Source of the DNA: Hyphomicrobiales bacterium
GTDB taxonomy: Bacteria; Pseudomonadota; Alphaproteobacteria; Rhizobiales; JACESI01
DNA length: 64,000 bases
Reading direction: 5' to 3'
NCBI GenBank assembly: GCA_013911885.1
Contig: JACESI010000004.1
Location: forward strand, 89,607-153,606
The notes under the pieces were generated by a model that was not told the origin of the DNA, searched no databases, and saw nothing but the letters and a program-made list of their open reading frames with translations. Shown piece by piece: positions 18,288 to 26,672 of this stretch (within the stretch, counting starts at the first letter, position 1; each line of letters begins with the position of its first letter). The translations under genes were made by a program, and so were the position numbers.

Positions 18288-18628
18288 GAAAAGACACCTT
18301 CACGACAAGTAAGATTCAATTAGCCCCATTCAATCTTATAATTCTTTATAATTCGCATATTATTTATCGTAAATTTCATCTTATTTTTAAAATATTGTTT
18401 ACTATTTCCATTTCCATTTAATAAATCTTAAAATAAAAAATGGATGATTAGCTTGTTTTATTCAAAAGTTACATCAAATTTTACGCATAAATTTAATTCT
18501 ATGAAATTTATTCATGTTTTACTTGCTGCAATCAAGCGGATGATTTCAATCTAACGGATATCGTCAGCGGATATATAAAAATTGAACCGATCTCGGTTAA
18601 CGGTTGTTGGCTCGAAGGAGAAATCAAA
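18288..18628. promoter_or_regulatory. Extremely AT-rich divergent promoter region between the two TadG-like genes
   Basis: 341-nt spacer. My hand count gives about 17-18% GC for 18361-18480, against about 58-60% in the flanking genes. Confidence 0.5.
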
Positions 18629-19990
18629 GTGCGTGAGAAATTGTTGAAAACAGTTGCTACTTTTACAAAAGACCGGCGCGGTAATTTTGCGATCATGAGT
18701 GCCCTAATGGCTCCTCTGATCGTTGTTGCAGCAGGCGGTGCGGTTGATTACTCGAGCTTTGTCGAAGTAAACAAGGTTGCCCAGCGCTCGCTCGACAGCG
18801 CGAGCCTTGCGGTTGCAAGCGGTGTGTCGCGTGGCGAAATTCTGCCATCCGATGCGAAGCAGCGCGCAAGTGAAATCTTTTTTCTTAACATGGCTGCCTA
18901 TGGTGTGACCGGTGTCGGTCAACCAGGTGCCGTCTCCGTCGCCGCCTTCGAGATCGACTTCGACGAGAATGCCTCAACGGTTGAGGTTTCTGCCAATCTC
19001 ATGCGACAAAATAGTTTCACAAGGTTGATCGGTCTTGATGAATTCAAAACCAATCTGACGTCGACCTCGGCTTTTCTTGGTGCGCCCGGTGCTGCCACCA
19101 ATATCGAATTTTCTTTTGTTGTTGATGTCACCGGGTCGATGGCGCAAAATGGCAGAATGGATGGTCTGAGATCGGCTTTGAGAAGTTCGCTCAATGTGTT
19201 GTTGCCGGCTACAGGTGCCAATGATGAGCGCGTGCGTGTTGGCCTTGTGCCTTATGCGTATTCCGTCAATCTCGGCCGGGACTTCCATCGTTCCGCCGTT
19301 GGAACCAGCACAGCAAGCGCAAGCAGCAGAAACACCTGCGTGACGGAGCGTGAGGGCACCAATGCGTTTACGCGCGTCAGACCGCGATCCACAACGGCGA
19401 ACACCCTATATGAGACTGACGCGGCGCTGCGGCCTTATACATCCGGGGCCTGCCCTGAAGTGGTTATCCGTCCGCTGACCAATGACCGTGAGGCACTTCT
19501 GCGCGATGTTGACCAGCTTCGCCCCAGCGGCGCCACAGCCGGTCATATCGGGATCGATTGGGGCCTGAACCTTCTTGCCGAGGAATGGCAGGATTTCTGG
19601 CCTGCGGCATCACGCCCGTTCGACTATGACGAAGATGATACCCGCAAGGTGCTTGTTATCATGACGGATGGTGAGTTCAACACCGCCTATTATGACAGGA
19701 ATACCCGTGGCGATATCAACCGCGCGATCCGGCAGACAACCGATTCACGCAATGCCGCGCTTCAGTTCTGTGATCTTGCAAAAGCAACCAGCCGTGATGT
19801 CGAGGTCTATACGATCGCGTTCCAGGCTGGTCGTGAGGCAGAAGACCTGCTGCGGAGCTGTGCGACACCCGATGATCCATCCGGTGATGACAGCGCGAGG
19901 CATTTCTTTGATGCGTCTTCGAATGAAGAACTCGTTGCAGCTTTCCGGTCGATCGTTGCAAGAGAACTGAAGATCCAGCTCATCAACTGA
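18629..19990 (+). CDS. TadG-like protein with von Willebrand factor A domain (paralogue of 16467..18287)
   Basis: 453 aa, GTG start after ggag. N-terminus RGNFAIMSALMAPLIVVAAGGAVDY. MIDAS FVVDVTGSM. C-terminal VYTIAFQ ... KIQLIN parallels the other copy. Confidence 0.7.
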   Translation: MREKLLKTVATFTKDRRGNFAIMSALMAPLIVVAAGGAVDYSSFVEVNKVAQRSLDSASLAVASGVSRGEILPSDAKQRASEIFFLNMAAYGVTGVGQPGAVSVAAFEIDFDENASTVEVSANLMRQNSFTRLIGLDEFKTNLTSTSAFLGAPGAATNIEFSFVVDVTGSMAQNGRMDGLRSALRSSLNVLLPATGANDERVRVGLVPYAYSVNLGRDFHRSAVGTSTASASSRNTCVTEREGTNAFTRVRPRSTTANTLYETDAALRPYTSGACPEVVIRPLTNDREALLRDVDQLRPSGATAGHIGIDWGLNLLAEEWQDFWPAASRPFDYDEDDTRKVLVIMTDGEFNTAYYDRNTRGDINRAIRQTTDSRNAALQFCDLAKATSRDVEVYTIAFQAGREAEDLLRSCATPDDPSGDDSARHFFDASSNEELVAAFRSIVARELKIQLIN

Positions 19991-20055
19991 TCGCGCGCCG
20001 TCCTCCGCGATACGACCGGTGTGACCCAACACCGGGAAGAACTGAGCTAATGAAG

Positions 20056-20094
20056 CAAACGCTCCTGCTCTCCGGCCGGGGCGTTTGTCTTTTG
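20056..20094 (+). terminator. Rho-independent terminator downstream of the second TadG-like gene
   Basis: 10-bp stem caaacgctcc (20056-20065) / ggggcgtttg (20078-20087, one G-U pair), followed by tcttttgg. Confidence 0.6.
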
Positions 20095-20258
20095 GTGGTC
20101 GTATTTCAGGGTTTTGAACCCGCGCAGGCCGACATGACTGAACTGTCTTATTTTTGTGGGATACGCATCGCTATTGGACTAGACTATGTCCCGGCTCTTT
20201 CGAATGATGAATATTACTCCCAACGCTGGGGTGATCCTGGGCCGTGGGGAGGATCAAT

Positions 20259-21041
20259 GTGACCCGAGACAAGAGCGACGACAGGGCAGAAGCGATACCA
20301 ACCAATCTGAGGCTTCTCTCGGTACTCGAGGTGGTGGCGCGGGTTGGTGTTCCGGTGACGCCGACAGATGTCAACGACACGCTTCAACTGCCGAAGCCGA
20401 CCATTCACCGCCTGTTCGCGACCCTGGAGGATGAGGGCTATCTGCAACGGGAACTCGACGGGCGCACCTATACGGTGGGCGCGCGTTTCCGCCGGATGTC
20501 GCTCCATACGCTGTCTTCGCTGCGGGTCAGAACCGCGCGGCTTGCCGTGCTTGGCGAGCTTACCGAAACGATCGGAGAGACCTGCAACATCGCGGTGCCG
20601 GACCGGCATGTGATGATCTATCTCGACCGGGTGGAAACCAAATGGCCGCTGCGCATTCAGCTTCCGGTGGGCACGCAGGTGCCGTTTTATTGTACGGCGA
20701 GCGGCAAGATGTATCTGTCCACCCTCGCGGACAACCATCTCAAGCGCTATCTCGGCTCGACGCGGCTGGCGGAACACACACCGCGCACCCTCACCGATCC
20801 GATGCGGCTGCGCGAGGAACTGCTTGCAACGCGGGCGCGCGGCTATTCGCAGGACAATGAGGAATTCATGGAGGGCATGATCGCGCTTGCGGTTCCCATC
20901 AAGGACGATCTCGGGCGTCTCGTCTCGACCCTTTCCTTCCATGCGCCGACGCAACGCCTGAGCCTCGAACGGGCGCAGGAACACCTCGCTCCCCTGCGCG
21001 CTGCTGCGCGCGCGCTTTCGGAGCTGCTGGTGCGCGGCTGA
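20259..21041 (+). CDS. IclR family transcriptional regulator
   Basis: N-terminal wHTH (LRLLSVLEVVARVGVPVTPTDVNDTLQLPKPTIHRLFATLEDEGYL) plus an IclR effector domain (CNIAVPD...; GYSQDNEEFMEGMIALAVPI). GTG 20259 follows ggagg. GTG 20244 is an alternative. Confidence 0.85.
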   Translation: MTRDKSDDRAEAIPTNLRLLSVLEVVARVGVPVTPTDVNDTLQLPKPTIHRLFATLEDEGYLQRELDGRTYTVGARFRRMSLHTLSSLRVRTARLAVLGELTETIGETCNIAVPDRHVMIYLDRVETKWPLRIQLPVGTQVPFYCTASGKMYLSTLADNHLKRYLGSTRLAEHTPRTLTDPMRLREELLATRARGYSQDNEEFMEGMIALAVPIKDDLGRLVSTLSFHAPTQRLSLERAQEHLAPLRAAARALSELLVRG

Positions 21042-21054
21042 GGCAAGCCGGCCT

Positions 21055-23871
21055 TTACCGGATCATGCTCTGCCTGGCAGGCTTTTTCTTCCGGCGGGTT
21101 TTTAAAGGCGTGGTCAGCGGCGCGACCATCTTCTCATAAAGCATAAGGAGATGCTCCACCCGCTCAGCATCCGATGCAAAACCAGTTTTGCGGTAAAGCC
21201 TGTCAACAGCCTTATCGAGCGCCTGATGCGCCTTGCGCAGGTTCGACGGCATGAGGTCGGGGTCGTAAAGATCAGCCAGTGTGGCGCCAGCATGTGATGC
21301 CCGCGCATCAAGAATGGCCTGGGCAAGAGGTTCCAGTTTTTGCAGATCAGCCTCGGATGCCGGTGGCATGGGGAAGGTGTTGTAGACGAGGCCGATGGAA
21401 TATCTGTAACGGCTTTCCAAGCGCCCGCCCATTGAACGTAACCAGCTCATGTGCATGGCAGAGGTGAGGAGGGCGAAATCAGTCAGAGTAGCATTTGCTA
21501 AAAACTGACAACTATCGTTTGCAACTTCTCCTCCATCATAAAATGCCAAAGGCACGTAATCACGCCTTTCGGAAGACACCCTTGGTATAATAATAAATGA
21601 CTCCCCCGTATGGCGTATTTCTGCAAATTCCCATGCACGGTCTGCATCCCGTTGTGTTGGCACTTTAGGGCTGGCCAAACGAAACGCTTTGACTGCCAAC
21701 ACCCGATCATAAATCGGTGGGGTTGTTTTGATAAAAACGGGCGGGGCATCAACCAACCAAAGGCAATAACGGTGCGTGCCGTTGATTGCATCCTTAGCTC
21801 CAATGAGCGGCTTTATGTAATCTTTGGCCCCTGGGAAGGCCTTTATGATTTCCGCCTTCTCTTCTTCTGAAAGAATAAGACCGCCACCATCTGTAGGCTT
21901 TGATCCATAACTCATAGAAGATCGTGGGGAGAGCGGTGAAGGTGCATCACGCACCACCACATGCGGATTGGCGAGGTTGCTCGCATCAAACAGATAGGGT
22001 GAGATTGCCGCGTGCTGGCTTTCATGCGGCTCGCCGTTGATGTCGTCATAAGAGAACAGCCGCCTGACTTTTGGTGCCGCTTTGGCATGGACCAGGCCGA
22101 TGATCACCACATGCACATGCGCCTTGCCACGGGCATCCGACCCCCAGGCGAAGGTGCGGTGGGCAAAGGCAATATTGAGCTTGCAGCGGTCAAACAGGAT
22201 TGGCCAGAGCTGGGCCACCTGCTCGCCCTGCGTGATGGAATTGGTTGACACGAAGCCGATGCCGGCCGCGCCGCCCTTCACATATTCGCCTGCCTTGATG
22301 AACCACGCCCCCACATAATCGAGCGAACCAGCTTTGCCGGATTGTGCGCCGATCACTCTCGCCATCTGCGCTCTTTGCGCCTTTGACTGGTAGCTCTGGC
22401 CAATAAAAGGCGGGTTGCCGAACACATAAGAACATTGCTCGGCGGGCAGTAAAGCCGCCCAGTCTGCCTCCAGTGCATCGCCATGCAGAATATGCGGCGA
22501 TTTGCGCAACGGAATGCGCACATAGGTCTGGCCAAATTCAAGGCTCAAACGGCTGTTCATGATGTGGTCCATCATCCACAGCGCGGTCTCGGCTATGCGG
22601 GCGGGGAATTCGCCAATCTCGATGCCATAGAACTGGTCGACATTGACCACGGAAAGCTCGGACGCGTTCAGTTCACCTTGCCCTTCAGCCGTGGTGTTTA
22701 CCCGCAATTCGCGAATGACGTCCATTTCAAGGCTGCGCAATTCGCGGTAGGCAATGATCAAAAAATTGCCGCACCCGCAGGCAGGGTCGAAAAACGTGAG
22801 TTCGCCAAGGCGTTTTTGAAAGCGTTGCAGCTCCACGCGGCGGCTGTTGTCCTTGCGGTTTTTGAGGCGTTGAAATTCAGCCTGCAATTCGTCCAGAAAA
22901 AGCGGCTGAATGACCTTCAAAATGTTCTTCTCGGTGGTGTAATGCGCGCCCGCGGCACGCCGCTCCGCGCTGTTCATAACAGACTGGAAAAGCGAACCAA
23001 AAATGGCGGGGGAGATGCCGGACCAGTCAAAGCGGCTCGCATCAATCAGCCGCTGGCGCATGTCTGAATCGAACGACGGTATCAGCAGACCGCCTTCAAA
23101 CAGCGCGCCATTCACATAGGGAAAGCGCGCAAAATCCTCATCAAGGTTTTTGGCGCGCCTGTCCTCGGGCGTGTTGAGCACCTGAAAAAGCTGGGCAAGC
23201 CAGCCGCCCATGTCTGAACCATCTTCGCGGGTGCGGGTTTCCAACAGATCGAGGAAAAGATCGCGCGGCTCAAAAATGCCCGTGTCATCGGCGAAGAGAC
23301 AAAACACGATACGCACCAGAAATTGCTCAAGGTCGTGGCCGGTATAACCAGATACTTCCAGCGCATCATGCAGCTTGCCAACCAGCTCGGAGGCTTTGAT
23401 GTTAACAGGATCCTGATCTTTGAACGTGCGTTTTTGCAGGCCAAGAATGAAGCCCAGTTTTTCAATATTGCCGGGCAGATCAGTAAGCCTGAAGGTGACG
23501 GCGTCATCTTCTTCAAGGTCGTAAAGCTCAAAGGTCTGAAAGTCGCTCACAAGGATATAGCGGGGAAGGTCTGCATCCTTCAGGCCGGGAAAGTAATCGA
23601 GCGCCTGTTTCTTGGCCTTGACGAGGTCGCGGCCAGCGCTTTTCTGCTCAACCAGCAGCACGCCTTTCCAGAACAGGTCAATGAAACCGCGCTTGTCACC
23701 GAGGTTTTTGACGGGCTCTTCAAACGAAGCCACACGGCGCACCGGCACGCCGAAAACGTCAAAAAAATCCCTGTAGAAGAGCTGAGTTTGGCCTTTTTCA
23801 TAGCCTTCGCCTGCCCAATCCCGGGCAAAGGTTGCAGCGCGGGTGCGAATTTCATTCCATGATAGCCGCAT
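21055..23871 (-). CDS. MmeI-family type IIL restriction-modification enzyme (fused endonuclease / N6-adenine methyltransferase / specificity domain)
   Basis: 938 aa from ATG 23871 (RBS gaggag). N-terminus MRLSWNEIR...FIDLFWKGVLLVEQKS (D-X8-E-X-K). FFDPACGCGNFLI (SAM motif). NPPF at 22405-22416. C-terminal GGRLESRYRYS. As far as I recall MmeI itself, the two are collinear. Confidence 0.85.
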   Translation of the reverse strand: MRLSWNEIRTRAATFARDWAGEGYEKGQTQLFYRDFFDVFGVPVRRVASFEEPVKNLGDKRGFIDLFWKGVLLVEQKSAGRDLVKAKKQALDYFPGLKDADLPRYILVSDFQTFELYDLEEDDAVTFRLTDLPGNIEKLGFILGLQKRTFKDQDPVNIKASELVGKLHDALEVSGYTGHDLEQFLVRIVFCLFADDTGIFEPRDLFLDLLETRTREDGSDMGGWLAQLFQVLNTPEDRRAKNLDEDFARFPYVNGALFEGGLLIPSFDSDMRQRLIDASRFDWSGISPAIFGSLFQSVMNSAERRAAGAHYTTEKNILKVIQPLFLDELQAEFQRLKNRKDNSRRVELQRFQKRLGELTFFDPACGCGNFLIIAYRELRSLEMDVIRELRVNTTAEGQGELNASELSVVNVDQFYGIEIGEFPARIAETALWMMDHIMNSRLSLEFGQTYVRIPLRKSPHILHGDALEADWAALLPAEQCSYVFGNPPFIGQSYQSKAQRAQMARVIGAQSGKAGSLDYVGAWFIKAGEYVKGGAAGIGFVSTNSITQGEQVAQLWPILFDRCKLNIAFAHRTFAWGSDARGKAHVHVVIIGLVHAKAAPKVRRLFSYDDINGEPHESQHAAISPYLFDASNLANPHVVVRDAPSPLSPRSSMSYGSKPTDGGGLILSEEEKAEIIKAFPGAKDYIKPLIGAKDAINGTHRYCLWLVDAPPVFIKTTPPIYDRVLAVKAFRLASPKVPTQRDADRAWEFAEIRHTGESFIIIPRVSSERRDYVPLAFYDGGEVANDSCQFLANATLTDFALLTSAMHMSWLRSMGGRLESRYRYSIGLVYNTFPMPPASEADLQKLEPLAQAILDARASHAGATLADLYDPDLMPSNLRKAHQALDKAVDRLYRKTGFASDAERVEHLLMLYEKMVAPLTTPLKTRRKKKPARQSMIR

Positions 23872-23945
23872 GTTCTGCTCCTCGCCCTGAAACCAACCGC
23901 CCGCATCTCGATGCCTTTTCAAGGCGGCGATGGTTTTTCAAGAAC

Positions 23946-24030
23946 TGGTGCCCCCCGCCGGAATCGAACCGGCACTCCCGAAGGAACGGGATTTTGAATC
24001 CCGCGCGTCTACCAGTTCCACCAGAGGGGC
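23946..24030 (-). tRNA. tRNA-Leu (anticodon CAA), class II with long variable arm, CCA encoded
   Basis: Minus-strand read: GCCCCTC-TG-GTGGAACTGGTAGACGC-G-CGGGA-TTCAAAA-TCCCG-variable hairpin TCCTTCGGGA-...GCCGGTTCGATTCCGGC-GGGGGGC-A-CCA. The cloverleaf folds with 7-bp acceptor and 5-bp T stems. Confidence 0.9.
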
Positions 24031-24179
24031 GCTCTTTGCCGCATTTTTGCGGGGGTCTGGAAGTTGCGCGATAATAGGTTTTCCGCCTCGCCCGTCAAGG
24101 TCTTCCTGCGGACAAAGTTCGGCCCCTTCAAAGGGCGAAGAAATCGTTCCCTTTTCAGCGATCACACATTAAAAGGGCG

Positions 24180-24845
24180 TTGGAAAGATCCGCCGGGTGT
24201 GGCGCAAAGGAGACGCATTTGACTTCCGACAACTCGAGCCTTCCCTCCTTCCCGCCGCGACCCAATCTGCTGCGCCGAACCTATGACTGGCTTCTCCAGC
24301 TCGCAGGAACGCCGCGTGCTGTTCCGGCGCTGGCGACGGTGTCCTTCGTGGAAAGCTCGTTCTTTCCGATCCCGCCGGATGTGCTTCTTTTGCCGATGGT
24401 GCTCGCGCGGCGCAACCGCTGGATCTATTTTGCGACTGTCTGCACCGTCGCCTCTGTCCTCGGCGCGTTTCTCGGCTATTTCATCGGGGCGGTGTTGTAC
24501 GACGCGGTGGCGAAGCCGGTTCTCGATTTTTATAGTGCAGGCGACAAGTTCGAGCAGGTTCGCACCTGGTATAATATTTATGGCGGCTGGGGTGTTTTCT
24601 TCGCGGCGATCACGCCGTTTCCATACAAGGTGCTGACGATCTTTTCCGGCGCGACGGGGCTCGATCTTGTGACTTTCGCGGTTGTGAGCCTGGTCGGGCG
24701 GGGCTTGCGCTTCTTTCTCGTTGCAGGTCTCGCGCAGGCGTTCGGTCCGTCGATACAGGATTTCATCGAAAAGCGGCTCGGGCTTGCGCTCACCGCGGGG
24801 CTGATCCTTCTGATCGGCGGGTTCGCTGCGATCAAGTTGCTTTGA
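24180..24845 (+). CDS. YqaA / DedA-family (SNARE-associated) membrane protein
   Basis: Motif SFVESSFFPIPPDVLLLPM, then several hydrophobic helices. The start is uncertain (TTG 24180 or a later TTG). Confidence 0.75.
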   Translation: MERSAGCGAKETHLTSDNSSLPSFPPRPNLLRRTYDWLLQLAGTPRAVPALATVSFVESSFFPIPPDVLLLPMVLARRNRWIYFATVCTVASVLGAFLGYFIGAVLYDAVAKPVLDFYSAGDKFEQVRTWYNIYGGWGVFFAAITPFPYKVLTIFSGATGLDLVTFAVVSLVGRGLRFFLVAGLAQAFGPSIQDFIEKRLGLALTAGLILLIGGFAAIKLL

Positions 24846-24847
24846 TC

Positions 24848-25357
24848 ATGACCGCGCGCCGCATTGCACTTCTTCTGTTTCTGGGCAGCCTCAGCGTCAT
24901 TCTCGCCGCCTGGGGGTTTGAAGTCATCGGCGGGTTTCAGCCGTGCGGGCTCTGCCTTCAGCAGCGCCTTCCCTATTATGTCGGCGTGCCGCTCGCGGCG
25001 ATGCTCTTTGCCGTCACGCTTCAGCATCCGTCTTCGATGTTCTATCGCCGGGCGCGGGCGGGTTTTTTCGTGCTGGCGGCCATTTTTGCCTTCAGTCTTT
25101 ATCTCGCAATCCGTCACGCCGGCGTCGAGTGGGGCTTCTGGCTCGGCCCTGCCAATTGCGCGACGGGGGATATTGCCGACTTCGGTCAGGGCGGGTCGCT
25201 TCTCGAACAGTTGCAGAGCGCGAAGGTCGCCTATTGCGATCAGGCGGCCGGGCGGTTTCTCGGGCTTTCCTTTGCCGGTTGGAATGCCGTCGCCTCGCTC
25301 GGGCTTCTGGCTCTTGCGCTCCTCGGCGCATTGAAGGGCAATCGGCGTCCAGCCTGA
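24848..25357 (+). CDS. Disulfide bond formation protein B (DsbB family)
   Basis: 169 aa with four hydrophobic segments. First periplasmic loop CGLC (FQPCGLCLQQR) and a second Cys pair (CATGD...YC). Confidence 0.75.
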   Translation: MTARRIALLLFLGSLSVILAAWGFEVIGGFQPCGLCLQQRLPYYVGVPLAAMLFAVTLQHPSSMFYRRARAGFFVLAAIFAFSLYLAIRHAGVEWGFWLGPANCATGDIADFGQGGSLLEQLQSAKVAYCDQAAGRFLGLSFAGWNAVASLGLLALALLGALKGNRRPA

Positions 25358-25362
25358 TCGCT

Positions 25363-26670
25363 TCAGGCGCGTTTTGCCGCTTTGGCGGGTTCTGTCGGCA
25401 CCAGCTTCAGCGAAATGATGCGGTTGCGCTCTTTCTTGAGCACGAGAAAACGCAGGCCATGAAAGGTGAATTGCTGGTTCTGGTTCGGGATCGCGCGCGC
25501 CTCGTGGATCACCAGACCGGCGATTGTCGTTGCCTCGTCATCGGGCAATTGCCAATCCATCGCGCGGTTGATGTCGCGGATTGGCACGCCGCCATCGACA
25601 ATAAGCGATCCGTCCGGCTGCGGCTCCACACCTTTGATGTCGATATCGTGCTCATCGGAAATGTCGCCGACGATTTCTTCGAGAATATCCTCAAGCGTGA
25701 CGATGCCTTCGACCTCGCCATATTCATCGACGACGATGGCGAGATGTGACTGGCGGCGCAGAAACTGGTTCAACTGGGTCTGAAGCGAAGTCGTGTCGGG
25801 CACAAACCACGGCGCCTGCGCGACACTATGGAAATCGACCTTTTCTGGATCGTTTCCAACTTCGATAAGCGCGCGGAACAGGGATTTTGCGTGAAGGATG
25901 CCGACGATATTGTCAATCTCGCCATCATAAAGCGGGTGGCGGGTGAAGGAACTTGAGAGTATCTGAGGCACGAGTTCCGCCGCCGGTGTGTTGATGTCGA
26001 AACTGACCATCTCGGTGCGGTGGACCATGATGTCGGCCACTTCGAGTTCGTGCAGATCAAGCACGCCGCCGACACGGTCGCGATCGGTTTTGACGACGGT
26101 GCCTTCCTCATGCATGAGGTCGAGGGTGCCGCGCAATTCGTCGGTTGCCGACAGAACGCTCTGATCGTCGAGGATATTGACGCCGAATCGGGCCAGAAGC
26201 CAGCGCACCAGATAGGCGATGATGCCGGTCACCGGGCCGAAGGTGAAGACGAGGATCCGCACCAGTGGCGCTACAGCAAGGGCGAAACGGTCGGGGTTCG
26301 AAATCGCCCAGGTTTTAGGCAGAACTTCGGCGAAAATGACCACGACGAGGGTCATCACGATGGTTGCGATGGCAACACCGGCCTCACCGAAAATGCTCAG
26401 AAACAGGCTCGTCGCAAGGGCGGAGGCGAGGATGTTCACCATGTTGTTGCCAAGCAGAAGCGCGCCAATAAGCCGCTCCTTGGCACGGATCAGGACGCCG
26501 ACAATCGTTGCCCGCTCGGCATTCTTCTCTTTCGATTTTTCGAGCTGAAACATGCGCGCCCGCGAGGCGGCGGTGAGGGCTGTCTCGGAGCCGGAGAAAA
26601 AGCCCGATATCAACATCAGTACGATGATCGCGACAACCTGAAGCCATTGTTCGAGTGTGAGGGCATTCAT
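25363..26670 (-). CDS. HlyC/CorC (CNNM) family transporter: DUF21 - CBS pair - CorC_HlyC domain
   Basis: 435 aa. N-terminal membrane domain (SGFFSGSETALTA), CBS region (VADIMVHRTEM...), C-terminal transporter-associated domain. Confidence 0.85.
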   Translation of the reverse strand: MNALTLEQWLQVVAIIVLMLISGFFSGSETALTAASRARMFQLEKSKEKNAERATIVGVLIRAKERLIGALLLGNNMVNILASALATSLFLSIFGEAGVAIATIVMTLVVVIFAEVLPKTWAISNPDRFALAVAPLVRILVFTFGPVTGIIAYLVRWLLARFGVNILDDQSVLSATDELRGTLDLMHEEGTVVKTDRDRVGGVLDLHELEVADIMVHRTEMVSFDINTPAAELVPQILSSSFTRHPLYDGEIDNIVGILHAKSLFRALIEVGNDPEKVDFHSVAQAPWFVPDTTSLQTQLNQFLRRQSHLAIVVDEYGEVEGIVTLEDILEEIVGDISDEHDIDIKGVEPQPDGSLIVDGGVPIRDINRAMDWQLPDDEATTIAGLVIHEARAIPNQNQQFTFHGLRFLVLKKERNRIISLKLVPTEPAKAAKRA

Positions 26671-26672
26671 GA

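Noticed and set aside
18340-18375. A possible dif (XerC/D) site: aattcgcatattatttatcgtaaat resembles the XerC arm GCGCATAA.
   Set aside because: Only the XerC-side half matches. The more conserved XerD arm (TTATGTTAAAT-like) is absent. The match lies in very AT-rich DNA, where chance similarity is likely.
20050-20262. A 70-aa ORF between the second TadG-like gene and iclR.
   Set aside because: Its first 15 codons coincide with a strong terminator hairpin (20056-20094). It has no RBS and no recognisable features, and it overlaps the iclR start region.
20214-20984. Other long antisense ORFs: 20214..20984 (within iclR), 4814..5707 (within the alcohol dehydrogenase gene), 27126..28235 (within aroB), 52523..53557 (within the TAXI gene), 36932..37732 (within purH), 15111..15893 (within acs) and 48275..49075 (within secA).
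   Set aside because: For the four whose frame offset I checked (iclR, ADH, aroB, TAXI), the offsets are multiples of 3 relative to the real gene. That again matches shadow frames that stay open because of codon bias. None of the seven shows recognisable protein motifs.
25363-26670. The 'hemolysin'-type annotation that this family often carries, as a virulence factor.
   Set aside because: The domain order DUF21-CBS-CorC_HlyC indicates a CNNM/CorC-type divalent-cation transporter in an aroK-aroB operon context, not a toxin.
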